A stretch of 64,000 bases of DNA, taken from contig CM068750.1 of assembly GCA_035084275.1 (NCBI GenBank), positions 7,068,001-7,132,000 on the forward strand. The letters run 5' to 3'. A program made the position numbers and the translations under genes. The stretch is from Hydrolagus colliei (lineage: Eukaryota). This document shows positions 24,426 to 36,974 of this stretch, in pieces (within the stretch, counting starts at the first letter, position 1; every line of letters begins with the position of its first letter). The notes under the pieces were generated by a model. It was not told the DNA's origin and searched no databases. It worked only from the letters and a program-made list of their open reading frames with translations.

Positions 24426-27249
24426 AAACATATTATTTATCCTTTATAATGCAACTTATTTAATATACTATCTAACAATTTATCTCCCTTTGACAAATAG
24501 AATCATACAATTGCTTCGCTCAAGAAACAGTCATTACATTCTAATGCTCGTTACTAATTCCATTCTGCCCTCACACACAAGGAGAACAATTGTTTTCTTA
24601 AAGTAAAAATTGTGGGAAATAATTTTAAAATATCAAGTGAAGTGCCAGACAGTTCCTCTTAATTGCTCTTGTGGTTTCTCTAGACCTTTTGGGTGGATCA
24701 CAAAAATAACCAACTTTTCCTCCCTTGGGGAAACAAATTGAGATTAAAAAAAAACATTTGCAAGTCTAGTCTTTCTTGTCGTTGAACTGAAGACTGGAGA
24801 TAGGTTGAGGTGACAAAAATGTTAAGTCACAAACTCAAATAATTACTGTTTTGGAAATGTTATAATCACTTCAAGACATTTATAATGTCTTGTTCTTGTT
24901 TGTTCTTGTCTTATTTATATAAGCTGTCTTACACCCACCACCAGTCAATACAATGCTATACAAAATTACATTTGTAGAGCTCCTTTCATGTCTGGAGGAC
25001 ACCTCAAGGTGCTAGAGTTGAATGCAGCACACAGCTTAAACAATTGGTTCTATACCAGACTGCTGCACTCTCCTGCATACCTACTTCCCCCACTTCCTCC
25101 TTCCCTCCCTCCACTCTGCCAACTATGGCCTATTACAGCCACTGTCCTCTTCCTCTTAAACTGTCTTCCAACATCCTGCTGTCTCACTCCCCACCCCATC
25201 CCCTCCCTCTCTGCTTTCAAAGTCCATCTAAATACTACCTCCGACTGCACTTTTGGCTACCTTCCTCTTACTCCCCTCCCACCCCACCCCCGGATCAGTT
25301 ATCCTATATTGAGATGTTCTCTCTACTTGTAAGTGCACATTGTTACTGTAGATTATCTTGTTGTAAAAATAAGACATGGCTCAGAGAAACAAGGTGCATT
25401 TGTTTGACATTACCTAAAGAATTCAAAATTGTGTAATGCAGTTTCACTGAAAGAGATCAGTTTAGAGAAGTTATGCTCTAACCTCTTGTGCCATAAGAGG
25501 AAAAAATAAGTTGTGCCATTTTCTTCAAACATCGTTTGAATTACACAGAAAAGTATCATATTTTGAGGCTGCATTACTGGGAGCTGAATTGATGACAAAA
25601 AATTAATCCACAGCTTCCTTAAAAACACATGTTATGCACATGTAAACTTGATCAAGGAACATAGTACACTTATTAAACAAATGTATTGTGCTGTTTTGAC
25701 TATATCTTTGAAGAGATATACTGTACATGTAAAGGAAAAAACATCAACATACAGTACTTAGCTTTTCAGTGTGACATTTTGAGTTTTATCAACAGACTAT
25801 TTACTACCAAAGTGAACAGAAGATCAGTTTATTCTGTTGAAATTATTCATGAGTTGATTATACTCAGAGACAAATCAGGGTAGTAGCAGGGCTACATTTT
25901 CTTTCCGACCAAGGTCAATTGTAGTTCTCCCACTCCAACCACAGCTGAGATCAGCTAGTTCAGCAAAGACCAAGAATGAACTTTGGACACGCCCACACCA
26001 CCACCCAATTGGGCCTATGTAGTTCAGTTTTACACAAGGTTAAAGTTTATCAATTTAGCAATCAGTAGTCCCCTGATGGGCAGAAATTTTCTTCCATGCA
26101 ATGTTCCGTGTGTAAAGATGCACATCTTGAATATATTGTTAATGTGGCACAACATTGGCAATCCCATTCAGAGGTTACAAGTGTGGTAGGTATAGGAAGT
26201 TCAGAATTCACAAAGGTATGCCCGAGACCTCTATTTTGAGGTTGAAAGTGGATCATACACATTGACGACAGATAAAAAGGAGCCTGTATCAGTGTCAGAC
26301 CCATGCTATGGAAAGTACTAACAGAGATCATATAATTGAGCAGAAATATTCATCAATTGAAAATTAAAACAAATTGATTGTTCAGAACCATTGGCACAAA
26401 AATGTTCAACTAAACAAAAGTATAAACTTAACGAAAACTTGAAATGCCACATCAAGTAACTGCTCTGTTTGCAGCTCACTGTGATTAATGGCTGGGTATC
26501 CAGTTTCAACATGGAAACAATTTACTGTTGCACTATACACATGTAATTCTGGATTAATTTAATGCAATCCAGAAATGTATACACCCACCATCTGTATTCT
26601 TTCTTAAAGGATGACTGTCATCGTAAGCGGGGGAATGGAGCAGTTATGGTATTGTGGTGTAATTTGAAAAGAGAAGGGAGAAAGTTCTGCCCCAAAATCC
26701 CTTCAGATACAATCGGTCATTCACTTCATGGATGTTTGTGGGACATTGCTGTGCGCCAATTGGTTGTCGGGTTTACCTTACAATGCACGGGTCACTACAC
26801 TCAATAGAAACTTTGCGAAGCCCTTTGAGATGTTCTCAGCAAGCATTGTTGGTGTTATACCAAATGGATGGATGATTGTTGTTAACAACAGTTGGCCAAC
26901 CTTAACAACTAGTGACATAGTAGAAGGCAGCTGCGTGACCTTTTTAAATAGTACTGTATTCATTTTTGATGATCCACCACAATCTTCTGGTGAAAGTTTC
27001 TTTTCGAAGTTCAGAGTGTTTATATCAGTCAAAGATACTACAGTACTATTATAGAGATTCCACTAAAATGTCCATCTCTTGCTGGGTTAGAGTGTTCATT
27101 TATATAGTACTCCTCCGCGTAATGTAACCACAATTAATGCAACCCCCATGTCAAGTAGTAATGTACATAACTATTGTGATAAATGAAGATTCTTCTCATT
27201 TATAAGACATATAATGCTGGATAAAATACATGTATACATTACAGAGGGA

Positions 27250-28500
27250 GGAGAGGATCGAAGCAGATCTCAGATATCCACTGAAGAATGTGGAAAAATG
27301 TCCAGTCAGTTCATCTAAAGTGTGCCTGGAGGATCATAAACTCGGTAAAGGAGGCCCTTTGGCATTTCCGAAATCAGATGTTCTTCTGGCAGACCAGACA
27401 AGGGGACAGCGAGGGTCTGTCTAAGGCCTGCGCACACTGGGATCAGGGACTATGTACTGATGGACAAGCTGAAATTCGGCTCAACCATGTCAAAGGCCTA
27501 ATGGGGCCTGACTCTGGCAAGAGATGCTCCTATACAAACTGCTCAGGACGCTCACCCACTGGCTAGCAAACGAGCACCCAAAACAGCCTGAAATAAACAT
27601 AAGGATACAGAAGGATGCTCAACGTGAAACCAATGAGTGTCCCAAAAATGTATGTACGGTAAACATGTGTTTAAACTCTGCAGCCCGTGTACTATCCCGC
27701 ACTCGCCTCCGCGACCACATAACCCCCACCCTCGTCCGTCTCCACTGGCTCCCCATCCTCCAGAGGATCGAGTTTAAGATCCTCGTCCTCACCTACAAGG
27801 CCTTACACGACCTTGCCCCATCCTACTTAACCGATCTACTCTCCCCCTGCACGCCCACCCGGACCCTCCGTTCAACAGGACTTGGCCTGCTCCAAGCCCC
27901 CCGCCCGAACCGCCCCACCATCGGAGGCCGGGCGTTCAGTTTCTCCGCTCCCACCTTATGGAATGCCATCCCTCAATCCCTCCGTTTCGTCTCTTCCCTT
28001 TCCTCTTTCAAGGCCGGTTTGAAGACTTTCCTCTTCGATCGGGCCTTTTGTTCCACCCCGAACTCTTTTACCTCCCCTTCGTGTTTCACCCCTTCCCATA
28101 CACTCCCCTCCCAGCTCGGGTCACACGCCTCCTGTTCAGCGCCTTGGGACGTCCTCCCGACGTGAAAGGCGCTCTATAAATGTAAATTGTTGTTGTTGTT
28201 GTTGTGTGCAGACAGGGCACATTGGTGCATCTTTCGAAAGCGGCAAGTGCACCTTATCAGGGCGTGTGCAGGCGCGCACATGGATGTGGTACACATAGGG
28301 GCGACTCCTCACTGTTTTAAAGGGAGCATCACAAACAAATATGTGTGTATAACCTGTGTTTGGTAAAGAAATGTACCATAAATAACAGAATTTGTTTGTA
28401 TTCGGAGAAAGGTAAAATGGAGAAGATATTGTCCTTTGTATTTATCTTGGATTTTTGTTGTACCAAATATATATTTAAATAAGCATATTTTCAAAAAAAA
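27250..28500 (+). mobile_element. Tx1-like (L1-clade) retrotransposon 3' remnant, interrupted by the L2
   Basis: CAWRIINSVKEALWHFRNQMFF (from 27321), then after a frameshift AHTGIRDYVLMDKLKFGSTMSKA*WG (~27430-27507). This resembles the Tx1 ORF2 C-terminus as I recall it (CWR.INSVKDALW.ARN..AHSKVQDYVLRDALKLG..AKAQWG). It ends in aaataagcatattttc-A8 at 28477-28500. Confidence 0.75.
27672..28205 (+). mobile_element. L2-clade LINE 3' end (ORF2 C-terminus, 3' UTR, (TGT)n tail)
   Basis: NSAARVL..DHITPTL..LHWLPI..RIEFKIL.LTYKAL..LAPSYL..GGRAFS..APTLWNAIP..FKAGLKTFLF. Tail cagcgccttgggacgtcctcccgacgtgaaaggcgctctataaatgtaaat(tgt)n. CpG-rich, so probably young. Confidence 0.96.
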
Positions 28501-28617
28501 GTTCAGTTTACAGAAACAGTTGCATTAACCAAAATATCATCTTAATGCTTGTTTGTAGACTTTTGTGCAGAATTTAGATTCATATTTAAAACTAGATTTA
28601 CATTTGCTTAATATGCC

Positions 28618-28790
28618 AATAATAATAATCCTTGCATTTGATATAGCGCTTTTCATATCTTCTAGACGTCTCAAAGTGCTTCACAGGATATACTGTAAAG
28701 TGAATTGACTGTGTATTTGTGGGCGAAACGCGGCAGCCAATTGTGCACAGCAATGTCCCACAAACAGTCGTGGATTGAAATGACCAATAA
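28618..28790 (-). repeat. tRNA-SINE 3' half (same family)
   Basis: aataatccttgcatttgatatagcgcttttc..tactgtaaagtgaattgactgt..acagtcgtggattgaaatgacc. Confidence 0.9.
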
Positions 28791-29299
28791 GATATTGAGA
28801 GCTGCATGCCTGAAAGACTCTGTTGTTCCTATTGCTGCAGATATGCACATACAGTGCAAGGCGCAGGAAGGCAAGGCAGAGTTACTCACTCACGAGAAGC
28901 AAGCCACTGTGCTTGCATGAGGATGAGTCTGGCAGGGGTTTCTAGTGGTAAACTAGCAACGAGGAATGGAAGTAAGAAGTGGCCAACAAAAGAGAGTAGT
29001 GCAGGAATGTTATAATTGCTGATCAAATTCTCAGAGTTGTTCCATCAGCCCCATTAGTGGGTAAGATTCTAAATTTCATAAAATTGCTATTCACATGATG
29101 GTCAGGCTCCCAGCCACATAAAACAGTAGAAATATAATCTCTACACTCTATGCAAGAACGCCGACATGTTCTCAGTTCAACTGCTAGTGGCTTAACTTAA
29201 CTGTACTGGACCTACCCTATTATGATAATATTGTGTTTGCCAAGTTAACCATACGAGCATAGGTCCACATCTGGATAATATCAGATGACTTGCTTTTCC

Positions 29300-29755
29300 A
29301 GATGAATACTCCCCCTCACCCTCACTTGAAGGCATGAACTCTTGCTGGGATATGGATCCAGTGCGACAGTGCTAAAAGCCACTCTAAAGTACCCAAGTAT
29401 CGTGCCTGAATCACCAATCTTCATGAATGATCTTAGATGGTGAGTGTCAGTAGGTCATTTGACTGAGGATAAGTATCACTGCAAAGGCAATTCTCACCTT
29501 ACCCAACATGTTTGCGCGCGATGCACATGCACGCACACTCACACTTTCCAGCAGGGTCACTGGTTAGCAATCAAAAGCATGACCCTTGGCTGTGTTTCCC
29601 TTCATTAGACTGGTGGCAATGTTATATTGCCCCCATCTGCTTTTTCAGCTGTGATCAGCTACCTCAGCACAAACAAAACTAGAACAACATGTCACCCTCT
29701 GGTCTATGGCCATGTACATCAAGGAGTGTCTTAAATGACTAGGCAATTGGGAGAG
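29300..29755 (-). repeat. Ancient tRNA-derived SINE, AmnSINE2-like (family name from recall)
   Basis: cagctgtgatcagctacctcagcac, cactttccagcagggtcactggttagcaatca and agatggtgagtgtcagtagg are shared with several other degenerate copies in the window. Confidence 0.6.
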
Positions 29756-30844
29756 TTCATCTGGTCCTTTAAAGGAATAAACACAAATGACTTATTTATT
29801 TATGTTATTATTAGTGGAATACATAGTTTGCACAACAGAATACAACAAATACCTAATTTCTGAGAAACCACTGAATATCTTAAAATCACTTGACAAATGA
29901 CAACATTTGGCAAGAATCTGGCATCTATATTTCTCCAGTTCTTCCATTTGTATCCCATATGGTAACCAGTGTTGACAGGAGAAGACAAAATGATGGAAAC
30001 TGTGAGCTTCACTGTGGCCACCATCAATGTTGCTCCACAAGCATCCAATCAGGGCTGTTTTGTGCTTCACAACCCAAAGACTGGACACAATTATAATCTG
30101 ACCCATGAGAACCTGTACCTTTTGCCTCATGATGGCAGACAGGCATGGATTCCGGTCAAACTGTTGCTACAACTAGCACAACCTATGTGTAATGCCTTTT
30201 AATGCATGAACTTTCTGTTAAATTTTGGATGCATAAAAAGTTATCTGTCAGAACATCTTATTTTCAATTATGCAGCCATTTCTATGTATCCCTAGTTTGC
30301 AAATAAAGATCTAAACCTTCCAAGATCTGTTGGCTGGCCACTGATCAAGTACAAGGACTGGTTCTAATTGTGTTAAAGTACTTCGAACCTCGGACTAGAA
30401 CCAAGTCTGTCACATTGATGTATGAACAATATCACTTTTGTACACATTATGATACTTATACATATGTACACTTCAAAATTAATGGCTTGGAGAAACATTC
30501 AAGTAAATCACTTTAGTTAATGCTCAGCAATTACATAGACCTTTAGATTTGGCAGTTCTTAGACACTGCAAACTAGGCTATTCAGCTCATTCTTCCAAAA
30601 GACTGAACAAAAGACAGAACTGTACTTTCAATTTGCTTTCACTTGCCTCAGTTTCCACATGGTCCTCACATCATTCCCATTGAACTATGCTCGTTAAAGA
30701 GTATCAAATAGATTTCCTAAACAAATCTGATTTTCTTAATGCCACGGACAGAATAATGCCCATCTCTATTTGTGGTAGAAATGCAGAAACATTAATTTCA
30801 TTGTCTGGAAACTTGCAAGACATTTAGCCCGTTCCCTTTTCCTG

Positions 30845-31420
30845 CCTGGCTCATTGAGTCAGCACTGGGTCAGAACATTGTGGTTAGAGTTTCATAATCT
30901 TGGCTGACATTCCAGTGTAGTACTTGGGGGATGCTGCTTTCATGGTCAGAAGTGCCGTGTTTCACATGAGATATTATGGATTGTGGAATTCCCTTCCTCA
31001 AAGATTGTTGATGCATTGTGGGGAGTGTTTAAGAAGTAGATAAACACTTGGTAAAAAGGGTATGGGGGAGTTGGGGGGGAGGAGAAAAGGCAGACAAATG
31101 GTATTAAGTTATAAAAGAGCCATGAATGATCTAAGAAAATGGCAGAACAGGCTGGATAGACTTTTCAGCTGACTCCTCTATAATCAAACCAATTCTGGTG
31201 AAAGTTCAAAATGTTGTTACATTGATGGCAAGAGAAAGGAAATTTTCCTAATTTTCACCAAGAGAATATCAATGGTTCTCTAGATTACTTAACTATTAAC
31301 GTCATGGCTGTTTGTGGAACCTTGCTATTGCAAACAACCGCTGTGTTGCCTTCCAAACACAGTCACCATACGTGATAGTAATTAGCTATGAAGCACTCAG
31401 AGATGTTTCCGTGTGATCAC
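30845..31420 (+). repeat. Deu-domain SINE split by a CR1 fragment
   Basis: 5' part ggctgacattccagtgtagtacttgggggatgctgc..agtgccgtgtttcacatgaga; 3' part ggctgtttgtggaaccttgct..ctatgaagcactcagagatg. Confidence 0.65.
30980..31178 (+). mobile_element. Old CR1 3' fragment nested inside a Deu-SINE
   Basis: ttgtggaattcccttcctcaaagattgttgatgc (LWNSLPQ..VDA) followed by aaatggcagaacaggctgga..gactcct. Confidence 0.65.
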
Positions 31421-32609
31421 ACACATTCGTGCTTCCCTTCAAATTCTTACTTTCTTAATAGTTGGAGAATGTGCAGGAAAGTGTACGCAGAATGGGAGAG
31501 ACAAATGCAAAAGGGGAGAGGAGAGAAAGAAGAGAGGTACAAAGGATTTGGAGCAGGATATAAATAAATAACTTTAGTATGTAAAATGAATGTAAAAAAT
31601 TAGAAAGTGCCACTCCAAAAGAAAATCATGTTTAATATTCACACAAGTTAAACAAAGGTTAACCAAACCATTTGGCAGCAAGATCACAGAATTTTAGATG
31701 CCTTGTTCTGTGGCTTGTTACGAACTGGAATTCTGCACAAATCAGAACTAAATAATCCATTGAGATGTTCCAAATGTGTTTACCTACAACTCTAGTCAAT
31801 GAACTCTTCTCACATTCAGAAATGTCATTTAGAAGAGATGATAAAACACAAATATTTACACAACACGCTGACTGGTAACATCTGCCCATTCTTGACATAA
31901 TTCCAGTTTTATGGGACGGTGACAATTCACAAATTGACAGAACTATGCCTTATATTTTTTCTTTGCATTCAATACAGTAGTAAAATTATTTGGCGTTATT
32001 GATTCTGGAAAAAAGGAAAAAAAAATTGATTTCCTAGTCATTGTGAAACAAGATTTTTTTTAAAAAAAGCTCCAGTTATTGCTTTGTTTTCCCAGGCGGA
32101 ATGCTGAAGGTCAAAGAATCATACAAATTTCAGCACAAAAAGAGCCAGTATCCCAGTTGGTGAAGACATTGTGTAATGTAGAACCTAGCCATACCTGCTC
32201 AGAAGAATGCAAGGTTTAAGTCACATACTATGCTGGATTAGTTGTTCTCAGTCAGGGGACCATTTCAACATCCATGAACTAGGTAGGAGAGGAGTTAGAG
32301 CAGTAAGAGTTCCCACTCCTGGTGCTTATCTGGTTGAAACATAGGTGCGTGTGGACATGGGATGAATAAAGGATTAGGCTCAGCTGTCAAATTACATTGC
32401 ACCTTTTACATAGGATCATCCATGTCTCAATGGGCTTCACGGAGATGGATTGGAAACACTGCCTATCCAGGCTAAACAACAGCCACTTCAGTAAGATACC
32501 AGAACCTGTGAAGCCATACCCCGGCCACATGCTGGCATTTATAGGAAGGAACTGGAGGAATAAAAGATGTTTGAGGAGGTAACAACCAGCTACTTGGGGA
32601 TTTTTCACT

Positions 32610-33000
32610 CTACAACCACAACAACTGGCAGATATATAGCACCCTTCATACAGAATAACATCTTGGAGCACTTTACAGTGGATGGGGATGGACATCGAGC
32701 AGAAGGGGATGGTGACCACATGAGTGCAGTCGAAGAGGTAGGTTTGAAGGCAGGACTGGAAGACAGAGATGGATCAAAATGCAGGGGTTCAGAAGGGTTT
32801 CCAGCGGTTAGAAATATAGTATCAGAAAGCTCAGCCAACAATTATGTTGCATATGGGGGGTGGATCAAACCTGGAGTTAGCTCAGTGTGTGTGTGTGGGG
32901 CGGGGGGGTGGTGGAAGAGGAGTGGGGTGCAGAGGAGTGTGGCGGCAGGAGATCAGGGAGATGGGTAGGTGAAAGAATACAAAGGGATTTTTAAATGAGG
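32610..33000 (-). mobile_element. Older L2 3' fragment
   Basis: (caa)n tail plus atatagcacccttca, then purine-rich antisense L2 body (ggtttgaaggcaggactggaaga.., agggtttccagcggttag). Confidence 0.6.
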
Positions 33001-35755
33001 GTGAAGACATTTAATTCAATCAGCTGAGAGACAGAGAGCCACTGAGGCCTGCTAAGGACAGAGGTGATAGACATGGCAGCATGAAAGAAAACAAATAAAT
33101 TTGATAGAAGGACAAGGAGTGATGACCTGTTGCACTTCTCCCCTGAGCTTTGGTAATAGCATCTGTCATTGAGTGTGAACGAAGATAGTCCATCAAGGAT
33201 ATACTGTAGCAGATTTTGTTCAAAGCAAAAAGCAGTGGATTAACTGTTTTTACTAGGTGGAAAATCAGAGCAATTTTCTATACATTTCCCAGCTTCTCAT
33301 AATGCTCTGTCTTTTTCAAGTAAATTCCATGAAAGTAAACAACTGCAGTGGGAACCAGTTTTATTTGAAAGTCCATAAAGATTACACTGTAGAATTTGCA
33401 CAGAAAACACACAAAGCTCTCTCTGCAGTTGTCTCTGGTGGATTTAGTCTTTATTTGTTTTGAATCTCAGCCTACAGCTGTGAATGAAAGGACATAGTCT
33501 CCGTTAAGATAATTTCCATCACCATCAGCCAGGGTACAAAATTATTGTGATAAACAGATACAAACAACTGCAATTGGAATAAAGTTAAGAATCGTGGTCA
33601 GTAATTTCTATTAAAATATTCACATGCAGCCTACTGGGTCTAATGTTAAAATGCACTTCCATTTTGGGAGGTCTTAGCTTAAAACCAAGCCAGACAGATG
33701 GGATAAAAGGCTTCTCCCCTCCCAAGCAGATAAAGGTCAAAAGTGAAATGCATTTGAACAATGTTATTCCCAGTGGATGGGAGTCCACAGTACAAACTTC
33801 CTTTCAATTCTAGTCCTAATCGACACCAATTAATGCAGCAACCTCACCCAAGAGACATCATGTGGATAAACATACATGCAGTAGGGATTCTCTTCTGAGT
33901 TAATGTTTTAGGCACCTCAGTGACCAACACAAGCTAACCACTAAAAATAGCAATCTTTACCGTCTAGATTTTGTATGGTGGGAAACCTTATTCTAACGAC
34001 TTAGCAAAAAAGTCTATGTTAGACTATATTGTCTGTATAGTGTTGGGGAGATACATATTTCATTCTTCAACATGGTCCTTCATCTCCCAAGTCTTCCTGT
34101 TCCCCTTCCCTCCCCAGAAAAGTGGAGCAAATCTCAGCTGTTTGTAATGTAACATCCAAACACTTTAATTACTGAAGTGAAGGAATCAATTGAAGGTTCC
34201 AGGCACAGACTATGTGGTTGTTGCACAACTTTCTACTATTTCCTGTGTGAAAAACAGCTGTATTTCTTTGTTCAACATCTGTCACATACCAACTGTGGAC
34301 TGAAATTATAACTGTTTAAGAAAGAACAGCAGTTTAGTTTATACAAGTTATTTGGAAGCAAAAGCTGCCAAACGAGTGATAAAACAAGCATTCAAACAAC
34401 AACACGTAAACCAAAAGGAAAAAAAATGAAGTGTGACTACCCATAACAATCACCATACTCAGCACCGCGATCTGTAGTGATGTTCTACAAAAAATGGGAA
34501 AATCTCAAGATTGATCCAATAGAGCCTTTAAAAATATATATGTTTTGCAGCATCATATACAGTAACAATACCAATCATCATCTGCATTCTTGCAAATCAA
34601 ATGCAAGAATTATTATTGTTCAGCATATCTCAATGCACTTCACAAGATTTATTCTATAGTGTAGTTACTGTATTTTGTAGACAAAAGACAAACGTGGCAG
34701 CCTATTTGGGCACAACAATGACTCACAAACAGCCTTCAAGTGAATCCTTAAAGTTGAACTGAACAGGCAGGCAGAACCTTAGTTTAACACTCTCATTCAA
34801 AGGATTGAGTTGGGCGATTTTGGAAAATTCATCCAAGCACAGGCAAAATAAGAAAGAACTTGATATGGATCTGGATATTAATGGTGAAGAAGACATGTGA
34901 AGCTCAGCCATGTTGACTTCCTCAATGAGGTGGCGGAGTAAATAATAATCATGGATTCTCAAGGTTGACGCAGATTCAGTGCGATACTATTTGCTCCTGG
35001 CAAATGCTTTATACGATTAAATCAATTTATTAATCTAGTTCTATATGTGCCTTTCCTCTGCATGACCTTAACTACTTAAAAGTAATGTTGTAAATCTCAT
35101 GTTTCATCATTCTGCTCAGAATCAGCAACAAGGAATTCAAAAGAACATTTCTACCCAAGTGTCACTTCCTCTCATTAAACATTGGAATTCTTTCATGTTT
35201 AAGAGGTTTTATGACCATGTAGTTGTTTATGAGTTCTGTTCCCTTGTTAGTTCAATAAACTGCTATAGGATTCTGGAACAAATTCAGCCATGTTAATCTC
35301 AATCAACATTAAAATTCCTCAAATAAGTAACTTTCTAAATATATCGACAAATTATCTTGATGTGACCCGACTCGCAAGGGTACTCAGTATTGAATCTTTC
35401 ATACTCAGAAGATGACTTATTGCTGAAGGATTTTGCTTCCCTTATTTCAACCGCAACACTGTTAATCAAATAACAATTACTTATAATTTTGGCAGCTGAA
35501 TTATCGTCATATGTACCGCAAAGTCCCAAAGTTATTTCAACCAGACAAAAAAAATCAAAAGAAGCAAAAGCTGACAAATAGAAATAATTATTTTATCTTC
35601 CTGACGTTTAGATAATAATTAATTATTCACCCCTTATTCACCTCTCTCAGCGATTTGTGACAACTTTTAATAATTAGCACCAGGCCTATGAAGAAACAGT
35701 ATTTTCTGATCTGAAATGATTAATTTCATTATGTTCAATGCAACTTATTGCTTTC

Positions 35756-36205
35756 ATGTTACATAGAATTACATAGAATATACAGCACAGAAACAGGCCA
35801 TTCGGCCCAACTGGTCTATGTTGGCGTTTATGCTCCACATGAACCTCCTCCTGCCCTTCCTCAACTAAGCCTATCATAATAATCTTTATTCTTTTCTCCC
35901 TCATGTACTTATGTACCTTCGATTTAAAATGACCCATGCTATTCGCCTCAACTAGGAAGTTGTGCTAGGAAGTTCCACATTCCCACCACTCTCTGGGTAA
36001 AGAAGTTTCTTCTGACTTCCCTATTCTATTTGTTGGTGACTTTTATATTTATGGCATCCTGGTTTTGGTCTCCCTTCCCACAAGGAGAAACATCTTCTCT
36101 ATATCTACCCTGTGGAAACATTTCGTAATTTTAAAGACCTCTATGAGGTCACCCCTCATCATTCTTTTTTCAAGAGATAAAGAGTCTAAGCTTGTTCCAC
36201 CTTCC
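35756..36205 (-). mobile_element. CR1 3' fragment
   Basis: acatagaattacatagaatatacagcacagaaacaggccattcggcccaa tail/UTR; degenerate FFTQRVVGMWN (accactctctgggtaaagaag) and RGDLIEV (acctctatgaggtcacccctc) segments. Confidence 0.9.
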
Positions 36206-36429
36206 TGGAATTATAATTCATGCATCCTTTGACCATGTAGTCCAATATACTGTAGATGTTTGGGAGCTAACTATACTTTCACCGATGTTATATTGTAGGT
36301 TACATAGCCTTATGCAGAAATGCAACTGCCTTAACATCAGTAAGGATCTGATCTGGGTAATTACAATCTAATAATTAAGAGGAAGGAGCCCCTCCTCTAT
36401 GATCGACGGTTTAGTATTCATCAGAGAGC

Positions 36430-36600
36430 TTTGTGGCAAAAACCAATCAGTATCACTTCAGCGGACAGAACCTTAATTGCCATTTGCCAATGACTTTGTT
36501 TGACCATATTTGCTATTATATTCAGCACTCGCAATCTGACGTCACTGCGTCACTATCTCGCAATCTCACGTCATTATCATTGCGCCAAATTTAAATATTA
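36430..36600 (+). promoter_or_regulatory. Candidate Pol II promoter (NF-Y, CRE/ATF, E2F-CDE/CHR cassette)
   Basis: AACCAATCAG 36441, GCCAATGA 36486, TGACGTCA 36537, TGCGTCA 36546, TCACGTCA 36566, and GCGCCAAA 36582 followed directly by TTTAAA 36590. CpGs are locally retained. A consensus donor CAG|GTGAGT lies downstream at 36974/36975. Confidence 0.55.
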
Positions 36601-36830
36601 ATTATGAATAGTTAATACCACCATACAGGACAGTTTGAAACACTGTGCTCTCTTACCTAATCTGGGTGTCAATAAGGATACTATTAAGATTGCTAGGCCA
36701 GTGGTTGTTATGCAATGCAGCCAAACTGTAGTTCATTGCCAGATGAATCTAAGATATGGAGTCGTCTCCACTGTCCGATTTTCAAGAAGGATTAAACCAA
36801 AAGAGAAGCATGGTATTTGTTTTCCTCTAG

Positions 36831-36974
36831 AATTCCTACCTTGAAGGATGAGTTCTCTGATTCCCTATCCATCTCGTCCTCAACCTTGTGTGTCTCGTCT
36901 ATGTCACTCCGAACCTGAACTGTAGATCTCCAATTCACCTTCCTTTGCGATGTTCGCTGCTTCTTTTGTGCCAG
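36831..36974 (+). ncRNA. Candidate non-coding exon (or 3' part of a first exon) downstream of the promoter
   Basis: tttgttttcctctag| acceptor and ccag|gtgagt donor, with stops in all three frames. The next acceptor is ttttgatttgtgttttacag| at 37311. Confidence 0.4.

Noticed and set aside
27524-28165. 213-aa ORF as a host gene
   Set aside because: It is a chimera of Tx1 3' UTR sequence and the L2 ORF2 C-terminus.
34721-34726. Minus-strand GTGAGT donor
   Set aside because: It lies in a mutated SINE motif (cacagcaatgtcccacaaac).
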